64,000 bases of DNA from an uncultured virus (IMG/VR IMGVR_UViG_3300008954_002234) (lineage: Duplodnaviria; Heunggongvirae; Uroviricota; Caudoviricetes). Position numbers and translations under genes: made by a program. A model generated the notes under the pieces. The model had not been told where the DNA came from. It made no database searches and was given only the letters and a program-made list of their open reading frames with translations. Position 1 is the first letter of the stretch. The number at the start of each line of letters is the position of its first letter. Below are positions 40,201 through 47,683 of this stretch, one piece after another. The stretch is from the IMG/VR virus record IMGVR_UViG_3300008954_002234, one strand, 5' to 3'.

Positions 40201-42949
40201 TTTCATAATAAGATCCTTTATTCGAAGGGGTAAAAGTAACATCGGCAGTCTTATCACCAGCATTATAGTTAGCAACGCTTAAGGAAGCGTCGGTTTCATG
40301 GGCGGGGTCCGAGCTGGCGCTACCAACATAGTAGCCGGTGCTCATTAAAACAGAGAAGCCTTCGTGAGGCTCTTTCCCGCGACTACTCGCCAAAGAGCAC
40401 TCAAATATACCCGGAAGAAAACCTTTTTCAGTTGAAGCGTTGACCAGATCAAAATCATCTATTATATTTTTCTCTAGGTTATCGTAAGTGTATTCTTCTG
40501 ATACGGTAGGTTGTAAATTATAGTAATCGTAGTCGCTATAAGGAAATTTAGGCTTGTTCGTTCTTTCTGTATGATATGTTTGAGTTAAATAAAGTTTTTC
40601 CTGACCCACGGACTCTGGATTTCTAGTAAATTCATTTACAGAGAAGGGGCTAAGAGTAGAGGCCTTCTCATCTGAAGAACGAGGCGGAGAAAAAGTATTA
40701 GCTTGAGAATCAACCTCAGAGTCTATATATATGTCTCTTTCTAAATAATACACAACGCCATCTTCCATAAACTGAGACAACGAGTCTATGTTTTGCTGCT
40801 GTCCAGTCGCTAACACAGTAAGCGAAGCTACATAATTCTTCTCAAAAAACAAATTGCTTCTTCTTTCGAATTGTTCTTTATTATTTTTTAAATTGTCAAT
40901 TTTTACAGACCCATCGGAACCATCTATATTTAAAAGGCTGCCGTTACTTAGAGTAACATAAGTCTCGTGAACCTTCCTCGCTGGGTCTAACACAAAAGAA
41001 GGCTTAGGTAAAAATTCATCCTGAAGTTCACTAGAAGAATCTCCTAAACATAGAGCCTTCTCTGACATTCTTATGTCCCTGCTACGTTTTGCTATGAACC
41101 TCTCTTGTTTGCCCCTGAGAAATTCAAACATATAAGAAGTGTCATTAAAAGTAGAATATTCTGTTAGAATATACTCCTGTTTCTCGTCATCAGATTGCTC
41201 TCCCTGAAAAAATACCTTAAAAGTTTCTCCGGCAGACGTATACTCAAGATTCGAATCTGAGTGAGCTGTATTATAGCCTCCCTTAGGAAGAACTATATAT
41301 TTTTCTCCAGAAGTAAAGTAAGAGTAACCAACACCGCTAACAATTGATTCAGCAACAGCTTCCGGCTCCAAGGCGGTGTCACTATTAATCAGGTAACTCG
41401 GGCCAAGTCTATTTTCATCAACAATTACCGCGCCCTTGTGTTTCGTAGTAGCCTCTTGAGATATCACGCTAGGAGTCTCACCAACTACAGAAGCCACTAC
41501 AGGCGTGTAGCTTCCATCGTCTTGAGCCCCAGTATTATAAAACACCTCTTGCCCAACATTTAAACTTGATTCTCCTGTCTCGTAATAAAGCCTCTTTGCT
41601 ATATCTGTTGTTGGAATGAATTGATACTCTAATTGGTAAAAGTTCTTATCATTAGCGTCTCCAGTAAAACACGCGCCTGCTCCAGTAGAAAAAGGGCTGA
41701 AGTTTAAGTCTATAGAATTATATTGATCAAAGCGACGAGAACGTAGCGGACCTATTGCCCTATAAGTTGACCTTTGATTAACCTTAAGCGACTCTCCATT
41801 TCTAAAAGTCATTTCATCGCTTTTTTGCCTTGTAGAAGGCCCTTCAGTTTTGAACCCTTCTGGATCCCCCTTGCCCCAATCTCTCAATAGATCTACCTCA
41901 AAATAATCTTGGCTGGTAGCGTAAGACCCAGTTGTTTCAACTGTTTCGTAAACACCGCTTACTTCAAAATTTACATTAGTATTTATATAATCAGTTAAAT
42001 TTTCATCATCTTCATAAGGAAATGTTGCGTTATAATCTATAGTTTTCCATTCAGCAGGATTATCGTCATCATTACTGTCTCTATTAACTCGTCTTTGTAA
42101 GGAATATGTTTTAGAAGGATCTACCGTAATATCAATAGTTCTCTTTTTTGTCAACTCTTCTCTATCGCTTATTACGCCTAAGTCTTTATAATCTCCGCTA
42201 TCTAAGACTTTATATTGAGTGAAAAGTTCATTTTGCAATGACTCATAGCCCATTTTAACACTTAACCCATTTTCGTCAGTCTTTGTATGGCTATCGACAA
42301 ATCCCGCTGCTTTAATTCTATCCGCAACGGAAGCTGATTCATCCCCAAGCTTATCAATTAAATCTAAACTAGAAAATCCTGTGACTTCGTGCCACCCAGA
42401 GACAATGTCCACTAAAGATGAATTAGGGGCGTCATCCTTATTAACTGTAGTAGTTTTCCTTAGTACTATGTAGCCCTTAGTTGACTCTTCTGTTCCATCT
42501 ATAGTTGCAGTTGTTAAGTTTTCTACTGGAAAAGTAACAAAAGGGCTCCCGTGCTGAACACAGCCTAAATTATTTAAGTTTTTAGAATTCACTTCGTACT
42601 CTTTTCCATCATTAATCAATTTGCACTTTTCTAGAAAGAGTAGAGTTCTTGGTATTTTTCCGTCTAAAAACTGACTATTTACCTGCAAATTTAAGATATT
42701 TTGCTCGGAATGGACTAGGTCGTCTAAAAGTATATCTTGTTCCCCGAAAAGCATCCCGGAAGTTAGCACCCTTGCTTGGTATTGCCCATCTGTCTCTTCT
42801 TGTACTCTTGGGGCCTCTGAAATATAAGGCTCGAATTCTGTTAGTCCAGCCAGCCTAAGTCTGTAGTTGTATTGCGGAAAATTCTTCGCCACCTGCTCTT
42901 CCGCAAATATGCTTTTTATAAACGTTATGTTGCTACTATTTTCCGCCAT
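25292..42949 (-). CDS. Giant (5885 aa) virion structural/tail-fibre protein with LamG-like domain
   Basis: Uninterrupted 17.66-kb ORF in the tail module. LamG-like FSFEFWIK...WKHIAI...RIY at about 39400-39850; G.NY.TAPTVTI...A.I..GKI..I.VTNGGHGY virion motif at about 27480-27640. Confidence 0.85.
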   Translation of the reverse strand: MAENSSNITFIKSIFAEEQVAKNFPQYNYRLRLAGLTEFEPYISEAPRVQEETDGQYQARVLTSGMLFGEQDILLDDLVHSEQNILNLQVNSQFLDGKIPRTLLFLEKCKLINDGKEYEVNSKNLNNLGCVQHGSPFVTFPVENLTTATIDGTEESTKGYIVLRKTTTVNKDDAPNSSLVDIVSGWHEVTGFSSLDLIDKLGDESASVADRIKAAGFVDSHTKTDENGLSVKMGYESLQNELFTQYKVLDSGDYKDLGVISDREELTKKRTIDITVDPSKTYSLQRRVNRDSNDDDNPAEWKTIDYNATFPYEDDENLTDYINTNVNFEVSGVYETVETTGSYATSQDYFEVDLLRDWGKGDPEGFKTEGPSTRQKSDEMTFRNGESLKVNQRSTYRAIGPLRSRRFDQYNSIDLNFSPFSTGAGACFTGDANDKNFYQLEYQFIPTTDIAKRLYYETGESSLNVGQEVFYNTGAQDDGSYTPVVASVVGETPSVISQEATTKHKGAVIVDENRLGPSYLINSDTALEPEAVAESIVSGVGYSYFTSGEKYIVLPKGGYNTAHSDSNLEYTSAGETFKVFFQGEQSDDEKQEYILTEYSTFNDTSYMFEFLRGKQERFIAKRSRDIRMSEKALCLGDSSSELQDEFLPKPSFVLDPARKVHETYVTLSNGSLLNIDGSDGSVKIDNLKNNKEQFERRSNLFFEKNYVASLTVLATGQQQNIDSLSQFMEDGVVYYLERDIYIDSEVDSQANTFSPPRSSDEKASTLSPFSVNEFTRNPESVGQEKLYLTQTYHTERTNKPKFPYSDYDYYNLQPTVSEEYTYDNLEKNIIDDFDLVNASTEKGFLPGIFECSLASSRGKEPHEGFSVLMSTGYYVGSASSDPAHETDASLSVANYNAGDKTADVTFTPSNKGSYYEIQHRADAQSAWQTISHAIEATSESAMTESVNGVSSDTDANYRIVEWFTSPVVTDFREMTFASESPDSLILKSAASHKFYDLSKFSHNISQTTTNGVTTSQVTWGGTNVYQMVFDGNNANYLQISFDDGAAVSRSRAFNILPGEFSFEFWIKGYDNGSSNNKVIFERSGVFKIYMHDQDTLKIDLKGTTYSYSLSNNWQNAWKHIAIAKVVERGSENEPVSKLYLYDEGKRQDLEEDTAYDAFKVSSSSAALVIGQGLKANLYQPRIYIGQSIYRGIGGSIPKSDFGFDPLPRRYKILKFNYSRYISPLSSWVINKNTFNNVNPPDDYHEENEGEATQHMSEWMLFNSSLQNRSISRAQTNYISSYAYRAPNNPHINKNYEGEPIVVDNSSGSSGPSSSAVFSRVKLDNYHYRTRNSKRSVNRFNDNKAPYYYEYLGNSSIENIRLGKKGGEDSRLMPFHSSKNSSFEGGSRLRVTKYVYKLYTKDAVIISDTGFKNSRSAQGGWAYQLQYSLDSGSNWTDVDSVSSYEDYFLFLNDDYSGGDPNSFGNINHAYIVPTLINKTDITKKYKPEEIEFRVEKRQKISISSTSSNAEVIKKLNFMPLEISVPTTGTLLDITQKAANDEDSSQASNYTEIDDSQGIVHLDPNETYIVHKDSSEKILLSSDTSDEMKVQSLSIDDTFSMAEGGQPSSTSEFSNMENNKPYEVTNLTGLRIYNADSAIDSTEKIKTVVGLRPSGLILNRVEKSFGEPFIKTGESVGLDGGQTRLFFTPSITGTHFEGLEAFSTFDIYGHTSGDVDYNDGQIINFSCSSFVTGGGGVSIETGVSGVSYRPVHEFYNSPYITGSFEINSDDKVWPEEDKLDNTFLLSGGDFSIQGKDYSFDVINIDDDDKAAGGITFSEKTLSTVTVDSAGTASKGTETPIESIVPVVKNDSSDDEASLVILDDLSTVHVSDSRLERSAVLANISTGSCFVASDQGSQGSQDSTLGSLQGVTYLSDGTKESPTLSGVVLFEHDKIRFTDSDANITGVIDTDSKVYLPDGFNDSEHITLLNSTNHDVEVVSDSNFKIDSKPVDFIPKNKTRKFTYSSSAWTTSDIDVIKYNQLSVANSNDGDVFIHNEDVDVRIDSASTSTGFSFSVLRSQVKGTATAKLPIMRVFVDDELEYVAGREVLGLRIEKKSYGWAFENIPLLTDGGISVGPQSHGKVYSMEQAEGIGILFEESNDYPQNFEIFLTSQNAVDEFTVNLSAENDFCRFAAEGKEEDVESYETSISRSNFVKISKVAQGADDNEKAKHSKFYVNTVSSERANKHRLSHPGNSKTQVAINYQDDFAFELPTLGGDFNTAQGYNAILINNSESSMGVVYPDNADKLINTVFPFGSVESVFKKGADVSNYDNLQLTNAKSPRKDNFLVDGDVAIFDGSLSALDIKRFLELKELVGIDQEVKKVHKYSIDTSSKRISPEGNDKFNLLNHDFVSGQKITFDSKRLTIADYYYEIDDGEQDDDIEYFKANWNGVVTGATSIAEGESLLVWLQKAGEFFYFTYKGGKLEEASFFMADVDSGLRETGAKLKLNDKLAFVYINKDSNEAGVDAGEVFALQQTKLSAATAEAAGTSLAANLDFTDNKKAQTYYIQVINENSFYLHTSNSLSDASKINVTGSSDFYFFSEFFKVENLGHRSATILNVGAEETSIKKFSDQQAIGGGLGALDYNDYRHDTLGNFSSGDLAESGIHVALGYDSTNGIDTNNITKLQAVGNQILASGEFTAKAALTDNDFDNDIMINGSDEEVVMYNTNDASQDTFSKKRIYKHGGNGSFTVQNFNTSNREAIYYPSNEAHIPDRKSLGFDSAATPFGYDGGLLNFVIYDFIRGLYDKNDIIVLPDSFSNLGNVAILNVSNMPVKVVNFSRTLSVTIDALKGLLISNASNYGVNPQVPLTATSTDYGNELGFSIGLEKYSILLGEVISFEDGEDGEYSGFDARPLNAIKQGSKVDSFYLTAPNRIFYDHEIHNGKDIIVEKDFIVTMPYLYNPDGTDDYRENVDPEWGNWEYRPTGNSDSFSNFNIINVSTKPIRLIDQIELIPVDNNKSDNVLHSRVTYKAQIENFKTDDDLSAATHFLDDYDYFRVHATIQFKSLFPLINEQREIEYPAVSLDKEKTHHVFGKEIQISLDVYYRKSEQKEMEETNFVLKPDESKEADDYYRLVGLGSEGNSTLNIINHGYENLKISSVEANFFGGHNSERIKDTTDLNSELLGYFDSKPVNEQYSLWGYSDGQLTSFQRQNVYKNYLEKGEILKLSIKDLIKTKAVKEIVEDEDGSPADEEIITSIEYSEDCLFDKDRNTVSEHRTDLIGRSVHKVRYIIKEDEIIQNIEPEEGPQENDVFIQKIVKHGANIYLPSLSIYINAYEGDSQDFYFTLVNASRHSCSLVDPTGTVSATMAAGTVKRIKGSYSSFAITYSDVSSNATYGIEAVSLGNSLYYSKTGEFLASNVNSSSTPLLLNSSLKDIKILNNTSKTFHIRHVNHGSGGTIDGSSGVYELPADCYVDLTTSGGANFNILNKNKNIEFSKVDVGLNLDRNIYENKVVYFDSSTVEFIKFDSDSFFNTTLVPFIDIYDYLPRKSKDDIESRKNWDGRTKSFAVGYTVTNRTQDPIKITTSDAATFTSSGQGEPISPLCHVNEFVLDTSVNNKVILAKKFYHYTFKNNQSTGFSIYSVQREDDRYSYEFRRLDSNNEKYQSEDAVQDVHPRVMLSCSQNGNSNPSITELQTYKDSFYDIKFKGEDKVLSQKGASKYSSDPGRGGISLFKSAYLNKSSYTNKILIFKDSYDIFYNAGNDKKELLYANIGRNPCYVYDDRINAKLDSSDESQSRQSTLNPSRAFYEGVDGANALKREEYDVIRPKHFIEGANYVITQPADVEASSDTFKLMNASRSNIDVSINGESSTKLYSSERVDFSSGDASYGLCPRYNKRDWFLKLKSADIQNLIKDIDYYDEVEDNAQSILRKEIMVDYIGARYKFSNMFQTNYYQFGIGSGYDSIEHYNTFYKFGVTLYGNKKDGQKSIIYDKNPIDYIANGLKLSWNMPHNVIAYSLNTGHERLCHCKKFDERNNLVTFGGIEANREYALEDFDASNYNFVSDSQRLKATEYPFHKYGRDDATKEELDIDAEGTEDRDFQPVVIYMGKEYAPGEKFRGVAGHATYSIKYHYYALFKSSQFVVDLEEDQAEEDKELFEAESKEISEELEARMDSADHDIQSPQWSVVTSQDDKDEFVAGEIIDKVSSGDSVELIKGRRLGDIDGEWIKQKVKVSDEDSQEEVFQDQYYFEFVIPKKDGVSPSLNIVDSEPISLREDGEGNSVIRVGFNKDDYYIEYPGYEYEIKSEFTFPANSLTGGDASKVAMVLAVSSDKTLVFRPDGVLKSLDLDFKKDATQGGFSEVNTDHAGHDHSTSNTYASDFEKRVRLVLGNRMKTLKNNIGYAFLPFDTYAIRDASPEFFGINLISSRGKQRYDKIRFRLKKLTERKLVFEDLKTDDKVGAYLTNNASSTSLQYYLDTEVNSISYHDIAKPGGVVKQRGSWVKLSQSGENKNFNGSTTITSETPVRNGDSVLLKSDGGVYFIKVTAYNDATELYSFRLLKIFTKEDYDNIGNDNTVTLTNEDHYKIVNYFDLATEPDGTHRAEPSVLKKIYKVEQADENAATDPLTTLSYPICISNLTFFLEAPFTDINDDDISVDKWGGEVYSGDTVRANLELSTVAKYWNAENSGGQTLNNYSWENVDKWPDGTVHNLEMYINPNHEDATIDNHWSQIKDIFLSFKNLLYRPNCAIDTVNYKDNVYTYNVKLNKNIEYRYIYRKHHSIKSAKIGSTDLSEGTNIIQNTEENLQIVINGENTTEQERKQIIYSSICFVEGVEYINSEPHSTKYTSDEANMSLDYFDYQLPVLNDEEPLTDNDNVFKNVNPSYKTEGYQSLLTYTQKRDNLTTFDNEAKPITGRAFANNLFYDMGMPATCQYIYATYSDKYTLSYTIRDFWQGFEKDFDGEAANFFVKPERFKCDLQKYNSNTSTWDDFDTGLDSIKDKYKVKTKKEINDTDKYRLKITKAEISYVNKNLEIKIANNSALRIPFKWTSTIIDSKLGSSVNGKYSINLSENDLIGKSVSFPKSGTSTLGEFHYIKKNSNLEIDTPYTRLYMINFDHSMRASYKDKINRGGISKVVLLSKGANYRTAPTVTIAAPDEGQQAKGRATIEDGKIKFIEVTNGGHGYVDLSDKQKNKRIEQHKVSSMPVISQATTIGNKNTYSEKGLEYITEGVAETWIEQQGLTVVDVTLTGNESSLPKEYQEEFGLTRRQTDSIDDYYNVDDVSSSNSKPKVDFMVGSSEDNKTWSDIQDQADRIQSIGNFVNQTLSDLQDQDFYGDAVEQDEREIKGTESSSMEGYYNRGSTDYKDDEGTKNTSQLAFDANGSIRHVVQFETHPAVVAASAKALANNGTLADYRVIPNKVIEKTTPWISSFSREDNSDLPESFGLVPGANLTSEVFNTYARAVNFMSRITVNAPVYAKIRRFKRIEYRYISNPVMAGLEFASDDDSKDAGESRYLWGNNETTFDYLSYENKSKVNYIVYFDPSDNKTKRAYFSAFTADGAGTFQSNNTSANIEDYNIDKSKIWDENDDKLVDEENFKELSAEFTPTDVGFPNTVNINKEVGVYCNPPAREKVDKGFVNPIKGEGLPLPTTLQKRAYAYGGEILNYATSRTYDVSEDQFPFHKGSQIEVGEVGSHGFEPILSELVDIRGSDYIQAGYENKIVFGCQTKDKPFLSAFLETTKVWTEYEIIADNEFILSLPEELRDKYRPEEADILATSVTKKYTCSNDVIGKVDYENGGYHSICSNGKKGSYVREGSYEAAFDLSDGDEVVGPKYSSQETAEGVRVSAKGVFEIEPEFNLALAVYEANKYVKAVRRNIHNPNDYLGPCVHHCMPGEIKTLYVPEDNPLILDLMKK

Positions 42950-42965
42950 AACCTTGAACCTTGCA

Positions 42966-42976
42966 TTATATTACAC
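42966..42976 (-). promoter_or_regulatory. Putative late promoter GTGTAATATAA
   Basis: Same motif occurs at 52771-52781; followed by CAAGGTTCAAGGTT-ATG. Confidence 0.6.
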
Positions 42977-42979
42977 CTA

Positions 42980-45900
42980 CTAACTGTTGTTTATCTGCCT
43001 AGGGTCAACATAATAGTAAGCAGTATGGTCTTCTTCAGAAGATCTAGATAAAAGCTCCCTATGACTCCAAGTATTGGGCTTGCCCAACGGGCCATCAATG
43101 TAAGGCTTAAGAAATTCTCCGGCCATAGCTCTTATATAAAAGTCCATTTGCGCATAAGGGTCAGTATCCAATCTGGCACCTTTACCGACATAAGGTATCA
43201 ACTTTAGAAAATAAAATCTAGGAAAGCAAGCTCCAAAAGGCCTGTATCCTACTCCTTCATGTATGTCGGTATCTGCGCCATAGTCTCCTATCATCATCCT
43301 TTTACAGTTATAACCGCCCCTGCCTAAATAGTTATGCATTAAATACTCTAAAACTGTATTTTCGTCGGTTCTGTAGCTTTCGTCTTTCAACTGCTCTTTA
43401 TCTACTGTCATCCATCCATTTCTACCAACAGCAAGCCTACCAGTCCTACTTAAGGGCCTGTCCAGCTCAACCCTAATAATATTAGCTGGTGAACGGTAAA
43501 TTCCCCCGCTAGGAGTTGAGCCACCGTAAGGCTTTCTGAAGGAAGGGTTGATATTAGTATTACTAAACAAATCATTATAATTAGAGTCTACTACCCTGCA
43601 GCTTTTAACCTTATAGGGCCTAGGAGTGACAGGAGGGCAAGCGCTTCTGTAAGCTCGTACATAATCTTCAACCCCGTATAACGCCAAATTCCCACTATCA
43701 GGTGAGTTTGTGTTAAAAATATAGTTCATGTTATTAGAACTTTTTGACAAGAAAACGTGAAGCCTAGGCCCCGGGTCATTCTGAGGCAAATTAGGTACTC
43801 TTAAAAGCTCTTGACGAATCATATCGTACTTTTCACCATATCTTCTTTCGTATTCTTTTGATCTATGATGACACCTATTATTAAGGAAACCCATAATATC
43901 ACCATAGACACTTGGTTTATATATATGAGAATTAGATGGATGATAATGGACCCCATTTAAAAACATTACCCACTCATTTGAATAATGAGGAAAGTTAGAC
44001 CTGTTTTTAACTTTGCTCTCCGGAAGTATACCCTCTATCTCGTAAGCACCAATATCGTTATATATGTTGTCAGACAGCTCAGCTGCATTACTCACATAAC
44101 TTTGGTTACTGCCCCCTGTAAATAAAGCTTTATGCCTCATTCCGACATCTGCACCCAACGCGTTTGGGTATTGGACTTTCTGAGTCTCAGAGGTATAATA
44201 TCCTTCTTCATTTATAGTAGCGCCTTTAGTAGTATACGGAGAATAAACAAAATAATTTTCTCCATATACTATAGGTTTATAATTAGCATGAGAAATGCTA
44301 TTTAAATTACTTTTGCCCTTGGATCCTTCATAGAAAATCCCAACAGGCTCTACGCTTGGCTCCATATGTTTTAGTATAGTAGATTTTGTTTTTTTAGCCA
44401 AGAACCTATTGAATCTCCTAAAATATAAAACCCCCCTGCCGCCCTCTATAGTATAATTTATTAAATCATACCTATCTGCTACTCTCATATATGAGCTAAC
44501 AAACTTACGTATAGATTCATATAAAGGACTACCGCTAACTTTCATCCTTTGCGCAGGTATAACAGAAGAGCCATATATATTTATTGCGGAGCCGTACCTA
44601 ATATAATTAGTAAAAATTCTTTTAGCGTCAAAAGAGTCATGCCCCACAGTGTCGACCCCGGGAAAATCTGCCCCTATAGTCCTCGCAAGCGCATTTCTTT
44701 GGTTCTGTTTTGATGCTGCTACCCTCAACAAGGCGTAAGCGTCTTGAAAACTAGGTTTTTGTTTAAGAAGAACAGCGAGTTTAAGCTTGGCATTGAATAA
44801 GTTGTCAAGAGCAAGTTTTTCCACTATAATTTTAGGGAAGCTAGCTCCTTGCTTCACAGCAAAAGTCTTTATTGATCGACTCCTTATGGGGTAATACTCT
44901 CCCTTTCCTCCTCCTTCGCTCTTACAAGAACTATCTCTTCGCCTTGATAAAAATATGTGCGTCTTGCTATCTTCTGGAGAAGAGCCAATATTTTTAACAA
45001 AAAATGTAGTTCCTTTAGAAGCTATATGGTCAGTCCATTTACCAGTATCAGTTTCATCCGAATTAAGATAGTTAGTTCTTATTCTTATCGCATCTCCCGC
45101 ATTCAAGCCATTAAGATTTGAACCAGTAAGTGCCGCAGGAGGCAATTTTAAGCATTCTCCATGTTTATCAGAATAAAACTCTGCAAAACTATCATCTTCT
45201 GTTACTGATTCACTTGTCACTAGTCCATTTGAATCAAATTTTGGCTGCTCAACAGACAATATGCCAGAGTTCGACTCAACCGTAGTAGACCAAGGGTTAC
45301 CAAAACTTATAACTTTATCTAAATGTTTATCTGAATCATCTGGATATTTTTTTCTCTGTGCTTCTACCCTAGCATTGTAATTTGCCATAGCCACAGGACT
45401 ATCATTTTTCTTTACCGCTTTTTCGCTATCAGTTAGTTTCCTTAGCTCATCTTTATAAACTGGCGCTATCTCGAATCTTACTTTATCATTTGTAGTACCA
45501 GTTCCGTCGCTAGCTTTGTAAAAACTTCCTGTTATTGGTTTTTTAAAATAAAATATTTTATTATAAACATAGCCTCTTCCACCACTTAAACCCCTTTTGT
45601 TAACAGTATAACTATGCTTTTTCCATATTATTGTCTCATGAAGCAAAACAGGCACTGACGGATTGTCTAAGTAACCATCGTCATTTATTATTTGTTCCTT
45701 TAGATCCCTAGACCCCCATATCCTTAGCTTAAAAGCCATATCTGAATTTTCTACTGCGTTAGTTTCTATATAGTATCCAGCTAAACAATAAGGTATATAT
45801 TTAGATTTTCTATCTAAACCAGCCAAAGGAAAAACCTTACTTCCTATTGGCGTACCGCCGGGACTCATGTTATCATAAGAGCATTTTAATAACATAGTTT

Positions 45901-47239
45901 CATTATATACGGTCCTGTCTTCATCATCTTTATCTGCATCTCCAGTGAACCTTAATGTCTTCCCATATCTGGGAATATTGTAAATTTGGCCAGTCTCATC
46001 TACTTCATCATAGTTTTCGAAGCCGATAACCTTTTTACGCCTATTAGTACTATTGTCTTGAGTTTGTGTTTTGTTTATAGAACTTAAATTTCTATAATTA
46101 ATATTTATTTGTTCTCCATTTACCGTTCCTAAAAAATTATTATCTACATTTCCTTGTGTTATTTTTAAGTTAAATTCTGGTCTATATTGCTCTAATTTAA
46201 TATTTCCAGTACCATCTATATTATTTCTAAACCCTTTCGGAAATCTAGCGGCTAACACAGGAGCTAAAATATTTTGCCTAGTCATATAACTAAAAAAGTC
46301 AAAACCCACGTCGCAGACACTCAAGCCCCCATAGCTCCTAACCCTCTTCATTCCATAAGTTTGCTGGCCCTTATATTCTCCAGTAGTATTAAAATCTAAC
46401 AATGGGGTATCCCAAGATTTGGCCTCGCAGAAAAGACTCCTTTGTTGTTCACTGCCCCTGAAGTAGTAAGTGTAAGCCCACAGCATCCACTTTAAAACGT
46501 CCTTAGTGGCATTCTTTCTTATAATTTTATTTCCCGATTCTCGTGGTGCGTATCTAGCATATACATGCTGGCTAGCATATTCAGGAAAAAAGTAATCCGA
46601 AGATCTTCCGGCTGAAGATAAACTTTTGCTAAAATAAACTTTATCATAAGGGCTTGGTAAATATGGGTACTTTCCTTTTCTCCAAGCCTTCTTTCTGTCT
46701 GGATAGTTTATATTGACATTCTCAAAGTAACTAAGGTTAACTTTATATGCACCTCTTTGTCTAAATGAATCCTCCCAATAATTACTATTACTCAAGACAG
46801 CCCTAGAGCTTTGGACTAACCCATCGAATAAATTGCCCTCTGCCCAAGGACCCATTCGATTTTCAAATAATTTATTCTCGTAAGTAACTCTCCCAAAAAT
46901 ATACGCATTAATAGGATTCATTACGTTTGCTCCCTGAGGCATTCCCGCTCCAGTAAGAGGCCAGTTTCCCTCTCCTGTTTGCGCTGTGGGTAAATCTATA
47001 TGAGCATAGACTTTCCACCACTCGTCTTCAGGGGGATTAACACCCAAGGGTTGCCCCGGGGTAGCTGTATTCCTCATCCCCGTAAACATGCTGTCTGCGT
47101 AGTAAAATATACTCCAAGCAGAAGCAGGGCCTGCTGATTCTATCCTTGAATTTACCTCTTTAGCTAGTCTATTATGTTGCTCTGTTTTAGGACACTTTTT
47201 TGAGTCAGCTAAAGGAACGCTTGAATAAAAAAATGACAT
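42980..47239 (-). CDS. Large virion protein of unknown function (1419 aa)
   Basis: Long ORF in the tail module; Tyr/Asn/Arg-rich; no recognised motif. Confidence 0.75.
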   Translation of the reverse strand: MSFFYSSVPLADSKKCPKTEQHNRLAKEVNSRIESAGPASAWSIFYYADSMFTGMRNTATPGQPLGVNPPEDEWWKVYAHIDLPTAQTGEGNWPLTGAGMPQGANVMNPINAYIFGRVTYENKLFENRMGPWAEGNLFDGLVQSSRAVLSNSNYWEDSFRQRGAYKVNLSYFENVNINYPDRKKAWRKGKYPYLPSPYDKVYFSKSLSSAGRSSDYFFPEYASQHVYARYAPRESGNKIIRKNATKDVLKWMLWAYTYYFRGSEQQRSLFCEAKSWDTPLLDFNTTGEYKGQQTYGMKRVRSYGGLSVCDVGFDFFSYMTRQNILAPVLAARFPKGFRNNIDGTGNIKLEQYRPEFNLKITQGNVDNNFLGTVNGEQININYRNLSSINKTQTQDNSTNRRKKVIGFENYDEVDETGQIYNIPRYGKTLRFTGDADKDDEDRTVYNETMLLKCSYDNMSPGGTPIGSKVFPLAGLDRKSKYIPYCLAGYYIETNAVENSDMAFKLRIWGSRDLKEQIINDDGYLDNPSVPVLLHETIIWKKHSYTVNKRGLSGGRGYVYNKIFYFKKPITGSFYKASDGTGTTNDKVRFEIAPVYKDELRKLTDSEKAVKKNDSPVAMANYNARVEAQRKKYPDDSDKHLDKVISFGNPWSTTVESNSGILSVEQPKFDSNGLVTSESVTEDDSFAEFYSDKHGECLKLPPAALTGSNLNGLNAGDAIRIRTNYLNSDETDTGKWTDHIASKGTTFFVKNIGSSPEDSKTHIFLSRRRDSSCKSEGGGKGEYYPIRSRSIKTFAVKQGASFPKIIVEKLALDNLFNAKLKLAVLLKQKPSFQDAYALLRVAASKQNQRNALARTIGADFPGVDTVGHDSFDAKRIFTNYIRYGSAINIYGSSVIPAQRMKVSGSPLYESIRKFVSSYMRVADRYDLINYTIEGGRGVLYFRRFNRFLAKKTKSTILKHMEPSVEPVGIFYEGSKGKSNLNSISHANYKPIVYGENYFVYSPYTTKGATINEEGYYTSETQKVQYPNALGADVGMRHKALFTGGSNQSYVSNAAELSDNIYNDIGAYEIEGILPESKVKNRSNFPHYSNEWVMFLNGVHYHPSNSHIYKPSVYGDIMGFLNNRCHHRSKEYERRYGEKYDMIRQELLRVPNLPQNDPGPRLHVFLSKSSNNMNYIFNTNSPDSGNLALYGVEDYVRAYRSACPPVTPRPYKVKSCRVVDSNYNDLFSNTNINPSFRKPYGGSTPSGGIYRSPANIIRVELDRPLSRTGRLAVGRNGWMTVDKEQLKDESYRTDENTVLEYLMHNYLGRGGYNCKRMMIGDYGADTDIHEGVGYRPFGACFPRFYFLKLIPYVGKGARLDTDPYAQMDFYIRAMAGEFLKPYIDGPLGKPNTWSHRELLSRSSEEDHTAYYYVDPRQINNS

Positions 47240-47242
47240 AAA

Positions 47243-47683
47243 TTAACTCCATTTTGCGCAAACAGTACCGCCGTCACCTCCGCCGCCTCCGCCGCCTCCT
47301 CTTTGTTGATAATTTAAATCCACCCAACCAGAATTAACAGCATCGCCTGTCCACATCACATGTAAGACATCTGAAGCCTCATACAAAGGTCTAGCTACAA
47401 AATTGCCAACACTGTTAAAAAATCCATTTGGAACATCTATAGTAAATTCCCCTTGAACTGGATTCTCAGCGCTGGCTTTTACGAGCATCACCCTTCTGTA
47501 GTTGCCTCCGGAAGCGTCAAACGGCCGCTCAATATACTTAGTATCGGTATTTTCGCTTAAACTCCCAGCTTCCCACTCCCTACCCGCAAAATGCCATTCC
47601 TCAGGGGTGTTAGCGTCCGGAATTTTACCCGCCACAGGAGAAACCTTCAGTATTATTGGTGCGTGTTGTTTTTGTATTCTCAT
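47243..47683 (-). CDS. Hypothetical virion protein with C-terminal poly-Gly linker
   Basis: Ends ...QQRGGGGGGGGDGGTVCAKWS. Confidence 0.7.
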   Translation of the reverse strand: MRIQKQHAPIILKVSPVAGKIPDANTPEEWHFAGREWEAGSLSENTDTKYIERPFDASGGNYRRVMLVKASAENPVQGEFTIDVPNGFFNSVGNFVARPLYEASDVLHVMWTGDAVNSGWVDLNYQQRGGGGGGGGDGGTVCAKWS

